Shown here: positions 38,101-51,060 of the stretch, one piece after another
Position numbering within the stretch: position 1 is the stretch's first letter
Layout of the letters: every line of letters starts with the position of its first letter
Assembly: GCA_036172245.1 (NCBI GenBank)
Contig: JAYWIR010000001.1
Location: 11,904,001 to 11,968,000 of the forward strand
Length of the DNA: 64,000 bases
Direction of reading: 5' to 3'
Origin: Raillietiella orientalis
Lineage: Eukaryota
Program-made: the position numbers and the translations under genes
Notes under the pieces: generated by a model
The model's input: only the letters and a program-made list of their open reading frames with translations
Database searches by the model: none
Told to the model about the DNA's origin: nothing

Positions 38101-39450
38101 TTGATCTAGAAATGCGTGCTGCGGATCGCGTAACCTCCTTCTCGGCGCCACGTTCTCTCTGGCCTTCGTCTCCTTGGGGTCTTCTGCGTGCAATGGACCT
38201 CTGCCCCTGTCCTCCTGCCCGCCTCCGAACCCGGTGCGAACGCTTCCGTTGTGGCCAGTAGCATCCAACGTCGAAGAGGAAGGGCCGCCTGAAGGAGGCT
38301 GGTTCTCGGCCTCCGCAGCTTCCGGGTTGGGGGAAGAGACGCTGTAGCTCCCTGCGAAGGAGAGGATGCCAGGTTCGAAACGAAGCGGGACGCCAAGCGT
38401 TGTCGTAGAAACGCGGAACCCGTTACCATCCTCCCGCACTTCCTGTAGGGGTGCACTCAGGCACACCTCCAAAGGAAGCCCAGCAACAGGAAGGAGGAAG
38501 CTGGGAGAGCGTGCGACAGTAACCTCGCTTTTCCGATGGTACGCCATGTGACTTGTAGTGTGAGGGGGGGAGGTGCCTCCACACTGACGAATGGGGAGGA
38601 GGGACCGGAAGAGGAAGGTGGCTGGGTCAGGAGCAGACGGAAGTTCCAAACTCATTCTGCTGCCCAGCAGCGTCTTCTCATCTACTTCCGTAGGACCATG
38701 GTAGACGTGGCTCGATCAGCCGTCGGGCTGGCCAAAAAGATGCGCTTCCGGACAGGAACAGGAAGCCGGGATGGCAGCCGTGAGGAATCCTTAAAGCCGG
38801 GCTCGAAGGATCGCCCTGTCCGGGAACACACCTCCATGGAAACGCCTCAGGACGGAATTCGAGGTCGCAGAGCTTCACCGCACGCACCTCGCGTCTGTGT
38901 CTCCGCTAGCGGTTTGCCTCTCCCGAACACCATCTCTGCTTGATGAATCGGGCGCGGTACTGAATCAGACGGGTATCCGTTCCTGGAAAGGCAGTGGCTC
39001 TGAATCACACCTGCGCGCGCGCTCCCTGGAGGGGTCCTTCCCCCCCCCCCCCCCCTCCCATCGTTGCACCTGTCTGTTCCTTTCCCGCCTTTCGCCGGCC
39101 TCTCATTAGGTGCAGGAGCAGCAATAACTCCCTCTCCTCCCATTATCCCGTCGAGAGGCGTCGGCGGTTCCGGGACGTAGTCGCGGAACCCTAGAGGCGG
39201 TCTCTTGAACTTTACTTTCGCCGCGCGCGACCCTACGTGGGGTCGCGCGGGCCCTATATAGGCAGCGGGACATGGACTGACTGTCGACGCGGCACCTCGT
39301 CCTCCTTCACACGATTGACCACAATCGACCAACTCTCCCCCAGACTAGTTCCCCAAAGCGTTTCCAATGCTTTCCGACCAGCGGATAAATTTGACCGGAG
39401 CTTACACAAAGAAACCGCTGTCAAGTTCACTTCGCTTGATGATGATGATG

Positions 39451-39631
39451 ATAAGAATAAGAATAGGATAAGAATACGAATAAGAACAGGAGCAGGAATG
39501 GGAATAGGAACACGAATAAGAATGCGAATAAGAAAAAGAATACGAATAGGAATAAGAAAAGGAATAAGAATGAGAATAAGAATACGAATACAATACGAAT
39601 ACGAATAAGAATAGGAATAGGAATACGAATA
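39451..39631. repeat. degenerate hexamer tandem repeat (AAGAAT/AGGAAT/ACGAAT)n
   Basis: Directly visible. Explains the RI- and YS-repeat ORFs in the track. Confidence 0.9.
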
Positions 39632-40819
39632 ACACTAGCAATGATATGCGAAACGGAAATTCGAGAGAAGCTGAGGTTCGAATGTTGAATTTTGACAATT
39701 TAACTTTCAATGAGTTGGCAACCTTCAAAGAAGATTCTGAGACGCCTTCCCAGAAAGGGGAAGGTCGGTTGTTGTGGAAATGGCAGGATGAGATGAGCAC
39801 CATCCTGCCATTGAGGAGGGGAACTGATTTTCTGATCCCGATGCAATCCGGGAAAGATGCCTCAAGGGACTGAAAGGAACCATGAGTAGCCAAGGGTCGC
39901 TTGGAACTCCTGTCAACGACCGGACGAGAAGCTCTCGGCTAGCGGCGTTTGAGAGCCCCAAAGCAGCCTACCCATAGCAAAGATGCTCCTGGCGAATTTG
40001 GTGAAGTGGACGCAGAGGTTTCGGATGCCACAAGGAAGAGACATTCTCCCAACATCCTTTTCAGCCTCGGGGAATCTTCCATCAGGTAGACAAGAGGCCA
40101 ACCCGAACGGGGACTTCCAGCTGATTAGACTTCCACGTTTCCATGAAAAGATGATGGCAGTCGGACGAAGATGGGATCGCACGATGGATTCAAGGAGGAG
40201 CAACCGCCAAAGTTAGAATCCGCGCAGCTTTCTGTTATCCCGTGCTTCAGCCGCGGATGAGCCGATTAGGAGCAAAGCAGTCCGAAGACATCAGAGGACC
40301 TTGAACATCAATTCTCAAGCAAACATCCAATCACGTGGTGCATTCCTGGATCCGGAGCAGATCTTATTTATGAATCCTCCTACGAACGACCGCAGTTTGC
40401 TTCGCTCGCGCGTCGCTGCAGCAGCAGAATGTGCCTTGCACAAATGTGGGCCGAACAACGCCGTCGCAGACACAGTAAATAACCGTTCACGAGCGGTTCG
40501 TCCACGATGGTGCGAGCGCACTGGCGAACTGCGTGGACCGTGCTGCTGCGTGAACAGAAAGGGTGCACACGAAGACACGCAGACACGATGTGCTATGGAC
40601 ACACAGCAAGTAACTTTCAAGTGCAGTAGCGAAGCTGCGAGAGGCCTCCAGCAGAAATGCTTCCTGTTATCCAGAGCCTCAGCTAAGCGCAAAGTACCAT
40701 TCTAATTCACGGTCTTCTGACTGCACGATGACGCGAAAATCGTATCTATACGGAAACTTGGTTCGTTTCGCCTCTCGTCTGTTAAGATCCTCCCTCAAGA
40801 TCGAAGGGATGAAAGTAAG

Positions 40820-41010
40820 GAGCACCTGAAGCCATCAGAAGTCTGGAAAATTCTCTCCTCCCCTGCCCAGCGAGTCTCCCGGAGCCAGACCAACGAAAAT
40901 TTTCGGCAAGAGTTCGCGCCAGTTTCTTTTCTGCAGCTTTCCACGTATCCTGCTTTATTTATTTTTCTTAAGGCGTTTGGCATGCCTGAAATCGTTCGAT
41001 ATTTAACGAG
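40820..41010 (-). mobile_element. APE-type endonuclease N-terminal relic of a non-LTR retrotransposon (RTE/L2-like)
   Basis: TISGMPNALRKINKAGYVES...LVWLRETRWAGEERIFQTSDG resembles WNVRTL...DILGLSETRWxG of LINE APE domains. Confidence 0.4.
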
Positions 41011-42559
41011 GAAGATGGCAGCAACGCCATCGTCAACGTTTTCTGAGTCTTGTTGGTTTTGAATATTATAATCGCGCTCGTTCGACAAAGAAAGTGTTTC
41101 TTCAGGATTCATCCTAATCAATATCTAAAAAAAAAAATGCGTTGGAGAAACAGTAAAAAAAAAAAAAAAAAGAAAGAAAGTTTGGAACTGTGCATGTCGC
41201 GATTTGTTTACGAAACAAAGTCTACCTGGCTGTCTCCTCAGACTTGTGCCTTACAACGTACGAAGTCCCATCAATCTTAAACGAAGGAGACAGGATGTCA
41301 TTCGAGATTCCTCTATGGAAAAATCCTCTTGATCTGATGAATAATCCTCTTTGTCTTCGGCTGTGGAACGATGCCTACACGCCCGTCCTTACAGCCACTT
41401 CCCGGGTACACCTCTCAGCTATTCTGCGAAATAGAGAAATTTTGCAGACGCCTCAACCAGCGATCCATCACCCCAAGTAAACCAGGAATCTAATGCGGTT
41501 AATGTTTCGAAACCCATGGCATCAGTCATGGATTTATTCCAATCCAACTCGATTCCATCAATCCCTACGACTTCATTACAATAATCAAGCATTCGAATTT
41601 TCGAATTCTAGAACCAACCGATTCAGTTCTACAACTGATACTCCTGTACTGGTTCCCTCTTCCATTCTACTCCTCCACCATCATTTATCTTACAATCATC
41701 TTTCTGCCGTCGCAAACCATCATAGTCCCTCAGTGCCACCATCCATTCCACAACAGAATGATCATGACAAACTCTAGCCTCTCCCCGTTAGATCCCTTCA
41801 CCCTGTCCCCACCATTGTATCCCGTCACATCTATCACCATCATCTTACTCATTTCATATCCTATGTGACTCTTCCTATCAACGCCCATACTTGTTTTCAA
41901 CCCATCAGTTAGATTACTACAGTGCACATTCGACATGGTCAACTTTGCTGGAATCGAAATTTTAAAAAAGGTGTTGCCTCTACAGAACGTTGTTGATTGT
42001 ATCGAGATGGGTAGTCGAGATGAAAAAAAAAATAATTTTGGATAATGAAATGAAAGAAACCAAATTGTTGAACAGCAGCATGGATTCCCATAATCAAATG
42101 AACAAATCGAGTAACATTACAAAAGCAAAAATAATGGTAAATGATGATGATGGTAAAAGATGATAAAATCTAATTCAACCTTCCTCACGATTGCTTTTCT
42201 CCCGTATTCTTCTCGGGAGAAGAACATCAAGAACAGGGAGACAGGCGCTTTCTGACCACTTTATAGCTAAACTGAATGAGTGGTCAATGACTTTGTCAAC
42301 ATCCGATTTTTGAACTTTGTTACTCCCATCTACATTTTCTTCTGCGTGCTCCATGGGAGCGTTCCTGATGGCATCCAGATCATGAACACGATTTCCTTCG
42401 TTTCCTACTTCCGCCCACTCCGCAGTCTCACAGTCACTTGCTACATTTTCCTCTTATTGTGGATCATTAAATGATCGTGCATAGTGTTGCAATGGGTGTA
42501 CCGTCTTCATCAGTAAAATGGCCGATCGGTGAATCCAACTCAATTTCTTCAGCCGATGC

Positions 42560-42950
42560 ATCCCAATGCTGAAAAGCATTTACACAGCGACGCTCTTTGG
42601 CATTCCGTTCCACGACTCTACTGCCATAGAAGCCACATCTTTCAGTGTAGTGCTATTGAAAGCTCCGGGAGTGTCCTCGTCTCGGGATGCCAGTGCCGTC
42701 AACAAGTGCTTGCGGTAGCAGACTTGGAAAGATTTGGATCATGTGCTAGTCGAGTGGTTGTAGGTGATGGGTCACATTCGAGGGCAAAAACACGATTTCG
42801 ACGCTTTCATTTCCAATTGCCTCGTGGCAAGCTGCGTTGTCAACGATTAGCAACGCTTTGACGGGTAGTTTTTTTTCATGTCAGGTACGATGTCCCTTCG
42901 GGAATGAATGGTTCCGAAAACCATTCCTCAAACAAATTTGTCGTGATTTC
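42560..42950 (-). mobile_element. pogo/Tigger-family DDE transposase relic
   Basis: ITTNLFEEWFSEPFIPE..YL..KLPVKALLIVDNAACHE...VEIVFLPSNVTHHLQPLD*HMIQ..YRKHLL...TLKDVASMAVESWN, with stops and frameshifts. This is the classic DDE_1 signature. Confidence 0.85.
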
Positions 42951-45900
42951 ACGTAAAATATCAGAATTTTGTGGAATAGTTAAGGAATTTCTCTTATCTT
43001 TTCCCATCTGCAAAGCGGTTGAAAAAAGAGTTTCTCCTATCGAATAGCCGAAAAAATGCTGGAAAACTTAAAATGTTGACTATATCAAGGGTTGCTTATG
43101 TCAAAATTTTCTTTTATCAAAGATGACTATATGGAATGTGCACTGTATCAAAAACCGTTGATTGCAGTCTCCACATACAAACAAGGTTTCCATTGTCCTA
43201 TTTTTTTTCGTCCCCATTTTTCACTTCGGCAGGGGCCTTTTTAAGGACATGCAAACAGCTTCTTCCATAGTACGTTTTGAGCACGCACCCTGCGCCTTCC
43301 ACAGGGCCAGCATCGGTTTTTCTGCAGGCTGCTTTCCCCTGCTGGAAACTCAGACTCAGCTCGTAACGCGAAGGGCTCAGCAAGTCGAGTTGGGTGACCT
43401 CGAGATTCTGTTAGCTGTGACCTTTGCAATTCATCGCTAAGTGTCTGTGTTCCAGGAGGTCCCTGAACAGACTTCCATTCGACAGGCACAGATCCCATTC
43501 GAAGGGTCTCCGTTCCTCATGCTAACTACTTTTCTGAGCCAGATGAAACTTCGAATTGTCGGTGCTGGCCAGCACTATGGAGGTGGGTCACTCGCTACGA
43601 TTCTGAGCTTATGGTGCAACCAGAAATCAGCACTATAAAGATCTAAATTTTGGAAATAACGCTCCATCGCTGATGCAGGATACTTCCTTTTTAATACTTC
43701 CTTCCTTCAACTTCGTTTTCCTTCCTCTACCAACCTGTGATTCTCTGATGACTAGAATGATGGCTTTCGAGTGGAAGCAAAAGGAGATTCCAGGGAAATC
43801 ATTAGTGTGTTTTCAAAGAGAACCTGAAAAATAGATGAAAATAAATCCATACCTTGGTACGGAGGCTTCCTCCGACCAGTCCCAACTAGCTGCTTATTTC
43901 CTCATTCCTAATTGGTTCGAGAATGCTCTTCGCCAGAAGTGCAAGGATAGACATTTTTATTCCTTAGCGTTCTTCTACATTCATTATCTTGAACTTCATC
44001 TTGCGAATACGGACTTTGATCTTTGGAGGGGCCAAAACTTACCAGAAATAACCAGCTGGTGTCTTTGGTTTTTGGTCAGCTCTTTCACCAAATCTATCTG
44101 TAATCTCTTAATTTGGCCAGATTTTCGTCCGAGAACAGCCCGAGATCTCATTAGAGAGATTAGCTTGGCAGGATTGTTGGCACTTTTGTCGAGGAGGAGC
44201 AACGTGTTTCGAATGAATGCCCTAGAAATGCTGTATAAAAAACTTGTTGGATGTCATGATCATCACCAAAATGAAATAAGAGATTTTTCCGTCTCATTTT
44301 TCGTCAAGACTGTTTTATAGGACATTGACAGCCATGGAGTCTTCAAGAGAGGCGCATCCTAGTTTTCCTATTCATTCTATCCTCTACAGCGAAACCAATC
44401 TTCTTGTGACGATATCAGTGCATTTTTGTAAACTGAGTTCTCTCTACCCATTATTGCTTGAAGCATAAGTAGTCCACGGCACGCTACCCGGAGAGCGAAG
44501 GAGAAATCCTCTTAAAAAGATGGTTTGAAACAAGGAGAAAGCTGCTTGCTGGAAGTAGTCATCCAAACACAAGTACCCTCAGCAAATGGCCTTTTCACGC
44601 GAACCTGTGTGATTACACACGTTAAGGAAGCAAAAACAACCAACAGAAGAAACAAGGATCACGTAGCGCTCGTTATGCATTCAGTCTGTTCTAACAGCAC
44701 CAGGAAACATCCTCCCCATGAAATGGGACAGGGGACTACTAAGGAAAAAAAACTTTAATTCAGTAGGAAAAATTTTCATCCTCAGTGCCTGCCAGGCTCC
44801 CACACGATTCAGGGATCTGGAAGAGTACACGAAATCCTTTGAAACGATCTTCCGGAATAACCATGCAGTCCTCCTTTTAAGGAGGTTTTTGGGAAGCGAA
44901 TCGTGTCTCTCATTCACTGCCCCTCGAGAAAGAATTCGGTTCAGAAACAGGTCGTCAGGCTTTTGCTATCTGAAGTGGACGATGTAGCAGCTGGCAGCGT
45001 GACTCAGAAGATGCCCTTGACTCTTAGGCCTTCCTTCGGAGTCTATCTTTGAATTGATGAGAGAAGTGGTTTGCCCGGACTTTACCTGGCCGCGTCTCGC
45101 AGTTGAGTGTAAGACCAACTAGATGCTTTTATAATCATGCATTTACAATCATACACTGGTGAAGGCCGCAAGAGAAAACTCGTGAAAGGTCGAGAATACG
45201 AAGTTGCAAGCAGGCTCTGTGCCGTTTTTCTGTCTCAAAGTCAGGAACATGACTGCCGTACACCACTTGCGTATCGTATTTATTCTCCACGTGTTGAATC
45301 AGAAATCAGGAACATTCATGATCATACACTGTTACTGTTTCTGTCATTTTTCATATATATAAAGACATTTTGTCCTATCGTAGGTACACATGTAATCCGT
45401 AAAGAGGCAATTGCCCTGAAAAAACACGTGCAACGTACACATGCATGCATTTTTATCGTGACCATGTGTATGCAGTTATAATGCATGTGCTTGCATTCTT
45501 GTGCATGAATATGACACGGAATTAAGGATACATCTGTACGTTCAGGTACAGACACACGAATGATGAAAAGTGCAATAGCACAAACAGACGTACACAAGAT
45601 AAATGAGGATCATGGACACGCATAAACGCATGTTAGGGGCTATGGATGCTCATTTTGAAAATAAGTGTGTCCTTGTACAGAAATGTGCAAAGAACATGTA
45701 TTCAGGTACAAAAATTGGCCTGCTTACGCGTATTTCTGAGCTTCATTATGCATAAACGCTCGTACAGCCAGCACAGCCATGCGTCCACATTTGTGCAGAA
45801 TAGTACGTTCTTTTGGATGTATACGTGTTTTGTGTGTTTAACGTGGTTCTATGGATATTTGGAATCAGTGTGTTTATCTCTGGAGGCTCATCATTAAACG

Positions 45901-46149
45901 AACGGAAATGGCAAATAATTCCGAACATATTTTACGTAACTTCAAACGGGTACGGTTTTGCCAGTCGCAAAGAATCCGCTGTTTACTCGCCGTACGGCGA
46001 CGCCTGTGGGCAGCTGTGGCGTCAATGGATGGCATGGAGGTCGTCTTCGTGGATGACCTGGTCTATTGGCCTAGGACGATGGAAATCCTTGGGTTCTTTT
46101 CTTCTGTGTTCTCTGTTTTCTTTCCAGTTTTTTTTTTTAAGAGTTTTCT

Positions 46150-46650
46150 TTTTTTTGGTTTGCTAAGTACCTCAGAGCCGGTCGCGTGCCTCGCGGCGCA
46201 CGTGGCTCTTTTTAAACATTAACACACTGTTTTGTTTCCTCTGCCTCTCCGCCCACGGCAACACGCAGGGGGCGTTTAATTCTTCAGTGTAATTGTTCAA
46301 GATAGGGGGGGCACCCCGGAAGGGGGTCCACCCTATGAATCCAGGAAGGTTCGGAGTCCGTTCCTCTCACGTTTGGGGAGAGGGGGATCGCACCTCCCAC
46401 CCTGGTTATCTCCGAAGGGGAACCCAGAAGGGAATCTCCTTCCTCTTTCTCTCCGAAGGGACACCCCCCCTCCCCTAATGGGGAGGGGCTGTGCTCTCCA
46501 TTTCAACTTCTCCGAAGGGAACCCGGAAAGGATCCGCTAGTCGGAATTTCTTCTCCGGTGGGAACTGCTCCTGTTCACTGCTTTGAAGAGAACCCCGAAG
46601 GGACGCTTCCGAAACGCAGAAGGGGCGCTGCAGCTTCCCGCAGGGAATCG
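46150..46650 (+). repeat. unclassified dispersed repeat, copy 3 (lacks the B-box-bearing end)
   Basis: Aligns by eye with 63025-63430 (tttttggtt.gc.aagt...ccg.tcgc; atccagg.a.g.tcggagtccgttcctctc; ccctggtt.tctc.gaaggg). Confidence 0.75.
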
Positions 46651-49299
46651 CTCTCGCTTGCTTCCTTGTAGGTACACATCCAGCAACCCTCTCTTTTGGA
46701 TGTGTATTTAACAGGCCTTTTAAGTACCCTTGATATAATTAATTATATATTTCCAAAAGAAGGTTTTGGAATTTAAAGTGAATATATCCATGAGCAGTTG
46801 TCACCACATTAAATGTGACTTGATTAACATGAGATTGTGTGCTGAAAAATAGTTGTTATAGTTGTCTTTGTTATGAACGATGGCAGATGAAATGTGATGA
46901 ATGTTGAAGTGCATCTTCATGTTCATAACTGTACATCATTGTGAATCTCTAAGAAGTATGTTGATTATGAAAAAGTTCCTCAAAAGAGGAAAAATCACTG
47001 AGATATACTTCTCAATAAGCTTTCTTTAATTGAAGTAGAACAGCAAAATCGACCCCGTCAAATTCCATGTATGAGGGATAATTACTGAACATTTGACTGA
47101 GTGAAAATTATATCCTGTAGGTTGCTGAATTACTGAAACATGCATTGGATGCTCAGAGAGCAGGGCAATTTTGTTTGCCTTATAAAGAGGATGACAAAGT
47201 ATCTGCCTTGTTTATTTTCTCAGCTTTGATTGAAGACTCTGATGCTAATGAGATTTATTAAGAGTTTGGAGTTTCAAGTTTTTCTGGGATAGAAAGAATG
47301 TGTTTCTGGCAGTATGCATGATGCCAGGTACAAGGTGCTTGTGATCTGATGATAATCACATCAGTGATTAGATGCAGGTTTTCTCTCCAAAAGAAAGAGT
47401 TTCTCTCTCGGGCATAGAATTCTTTGTTGAATGTGCCTGAAATCTGATTTAGAATAAAGCACAATTCTCCTCCTTACTGTATTTTAATTGTAATTACCGT
47501 ACTTTCAAGCCTTGACTTGAGTGATTGGTGTCAAAAGTTGAACGCCTATACCATTCAAGCTACCATACTCAAGCTGCCCATCTCATGGTTGTTTATTGTT
47601 CTTAGAGGCCAGCATGTATTTTCTGTGTACATAATAACTAACTATTCCATATGAATCTATGTGAAAGTTAAGTGTTCTTCATCAGTGATCACAAAGCAAA
47701 TGCATGAATAGTGAACTGAAGCATTCTGAGAATGCTGTGTGAAAGAAACTACAAATTAGGGAAAATTGAACAAATAATGAAGAATGCGTTTCATGAATGG
47801 ATGAATGTGACTTGGTTAATATGAGATAGCATACTGAAGGGTAGGCTTTATATAAGTATTGGTGTTTATGAATGGATTAATTTTAATGTTTCCTTTGTAT
47901 TAATAATATTACGGAAATAGGGTGAAAACTGCTGTCCTGCTGTTCATATTCGCAGCAATCGTAATTCATATGCTGGGTCATTGCCCTCCTGAAAGCAATC
48001 ACCCAGTTCAATGTAGGTTCCCATTATCACTGAGGAAGAATTAGGTGTTGGTCCTCAAGGAAGTGGAAGTTAAAATAGTAAGTGGATGTGTTTCGGATGT
48101 TTGCTATTTATCAAAAAAAAAAAAAACGAGTGAATGCTTCTGAAAGATCTACTTTTGAAAGGAATTTACGTAAAAAATCTTACCAGAGTTTCAGAGGACT
48201 TGCTATTCATTCACTTTCACATTTCTAGCTGCTGTACAGAAGGGTGGACATTTGAGAATTTTGTAGTTTCTTTTCTTCTTTGTGTGCTTAATTCTATTGA
48301 ATTTTATTTTCAGAACCTTTCAGACGAACTTTAAAGAATGGTGTGGCATCAAATTTCTGAAAATTAAAAAACACGAACCTGCTTGTTCCAAAACAGTTGG
48401 ATCATCCCCTGTTCGAGAATGACCAGGTGCTCAGGGAACTTGAGATTTTTGCACAAAGGTGAAAGACAAGAAGAGGATGGTTTGCATCAACATGCAGCAC
48501 ATTCAGGATATGTACTGGGAACATGATTCTGGGATCATGGTATGGAGAGCATGATTCATCCAATCAGAAGCTTACTGAGTTCAAAAGATGAACAACTCGA
48601 GCTTTTCTTGAAGGGAAACTATGAGACCTGTGATTCCAATTCTATGAGCAATCTTATGCCCTATCCTTTTGCTTGGATGGTTAGATAGATGGAAGCCATG
48701 GAGGATTTCCCTGCAGTGTTGCAAGTGGAATAACAACCTCCTACTCTTACCTAGTGAGTCCAATCTCTATCAAGGTCCTAGACAAAGATACGTGCATGCT
48801 TATTTCTCTCTCTTCAATTCTTATATGCGTCAATAAATATTTAATACATAAGTATAAGTTCTTCAATTCTCTTCTTATGTAATTTCCTCTTCGAGCTAAT
48901 ATTTTAGAAGATGCATTCCAGCAAGTTTGTTGAAATGGGAACTGAGAGAAAATGGACAACTCTTAGCATAGGAAACGTAACAGATGCCAAGAGGCTTTGG
49001 ATTCCTTCCAATCTTTGTAGATCCAAAGGAGAGGGTATTAATCAACTTGATGAATTTGTAGTCAATATGCTTGAGGTAAAAGGATTTAATAATTAGAAGG
49101 AATATCTTTTTTTTTGATAGACAAAGTTATGCTGAGAGATGAACCAGTACAACAATTTGAAGAAACAAAGCAGATTTATCACGTGTTTTCAATACAAAAA
49201 TAAGAAAACTATCAAAGATGCACTTCATTTGGGTGCAGTCGGTATATTGGTATATACTGTCTCACAACATATTTTATGCTCTTCAGTTGTATCCTCGCA

Positions 49300-51060
49300 T
49301 TTCTAGACCTCACTGGTTCTTTAAAATTATAACAATCAACTCATCAGCAAAGGGTTGAGTTATCTACATACGGATGATCCATGGTGAACAATTTATCAAA
49401 ATTCCTTGCTGTGCAACTCGTGTAGGATTAGTGTTGTCATCTAGAAGTTCAAGGCTTCCTCTTTTCTGACTCAATGATGGTGTGGGATGCAGTAGAAACT
49501 GTTTAAACTAGGCAATAGTTTTGTCTGATCCGAGATAAAGCTTTAAGATAGAGCATTAGATGGTGGATTCAAAAGAGCTTATTCGTTATTCAGAATGAGA
49601 TGTTTAACATTCTCTTTGGCATGGATTTCCAAGAATTGACTGCAAGTTTGTTTTCATTGGAAATTTTGAGGTATCATGAAGGCCTCGTTTGGGAGTTTTT
49701 AAGTTTCTGTAGACATAGTAGCATGACACCATACGTCATGCACAACAGTTGTATTTGGATGTTTAATTTGGTGTAAAAGTGTGTTGGTTTCTTTTGTATG
49801 AGCGTTTTTGGTGCAATTGGCTAGAGCGAATTAGTTTACGTAGAGCATTTTGTTTCTTAGAAGAAGAATGCCTTTTCAAGATAAAATAAATCACATTTGT
49901 AATTGCATTCAAGATGTAGTTGCCGGGTTTCGAGATGGAAGAAAGTTCTGCAGAGGCCTTGTTACAAGAACGTGAAAGGGGTCATTCTTTGTGGATGTCT
50001 GTGCAGCTTTCCATGCCTGTGAATCTCTTGTGTTTCTGAGTGCCACTGTGTTTTACCACACTCATATAGAATAACCTATGAAATGGACTTGTTTCAGATA
50101 CTCAAGCCTACCCCTATATTACTGGGATGTAAGCTTAAGTGCACCAACAGGTATTTTTGGAAACGTCATAGTAATGTCAATAGTTTTCTATCGGTTCCAC
50201 GTTTGCATCTTTCATTGGCAAGTGAAAAGATGGCAATCTTAATACTGTGCATCAACTACGTAAATAAAAAGAACAGTTCTCGTTGATTGCAATTCTTGCT
50301 CTGCGTATAAACAGATTTTTGTTATCAAAGTTTGCAGCATTCTCCAGTAATCTTCTGATGTGATGAATCTGCAACAGGGTGCTATGTTGGCATGAGCAAA
50401 TGTGTGCATTTTACAATAAAAAATTTAAATTCATTCCAGAAACATCCTGTAGTTTTCAAACTTGTCTGTTTTTTTCCTGCTGAAGAAGAATGGATTCAGC
50501 CCATCCAGTCTGGAATGATGGTCTCTGGAAAGCATTGCATTGAATAATCTCCTCACTGGTCACCTCAGGTTGAGGAAATCTCTGATCAATTTCAGTGCAT
50601 GCAGGATAATGAGTTCTTACCAAAGTCGATTCAAATTTACCATGTGCACATGGTGGGTCCTTTACATGAAAGCATGTATTTGGAGATCCAGCTGCTGTAC
50701 AGCGTGTCCAATGAGTGTAAAGTGCGAAATTGGCTGATCTTCATTTGGATCTGCATGCCACCAAAATGTCTTGAAGCAAGACGGCGAAAGCTGTAGTGTA
50801 CAGTGATGATTTTGTAGGTGACCATTCATGGGCAAAAGATATCTCACTGCAAGATAATCTGACAAACAAGATATCTTACTGCCGGTTGTGGTTGAGATGA
50901 GGTCTTGTGTTAAAGACGCAGGTCTTCAATGCAAGACCTCATCTGGCTGTTTGGGACATTCCAAGAAATGGTGCACATGTTCTGATGGCCAGTTTATTTG
51001 TGTGCTGTCTGCCTGTAGTGCAAGCAGATCCAAGCATTTTTCAATCTGGAACTAACCATA
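49300..51060 (-). mobile_element. BEL/Pao LTR-retrotransposon pol relic (RT to RNase H region)
   Basis: Colinear decayed motifs: TNKLAI...GLALKTCVFNTRPHL (cf. TTKLRIV..SLNDCL..GP.L), FWWHADPNEDQPISHFTL (cf. RFLW..P..PI..Y), LKTTGCFWN (cf. KVLGL.W), RRLLENAANFD...RARI (cf. KR.LS..A.FDPLG..AKI), QPFADELI (cf. LNPF.D..G). Many stops. Confidence 0.6.

Noticed and set aside
39237..39893. RI- and YS-repeat proteins
   Set aside because: Translations of the hexamer microsatellite.
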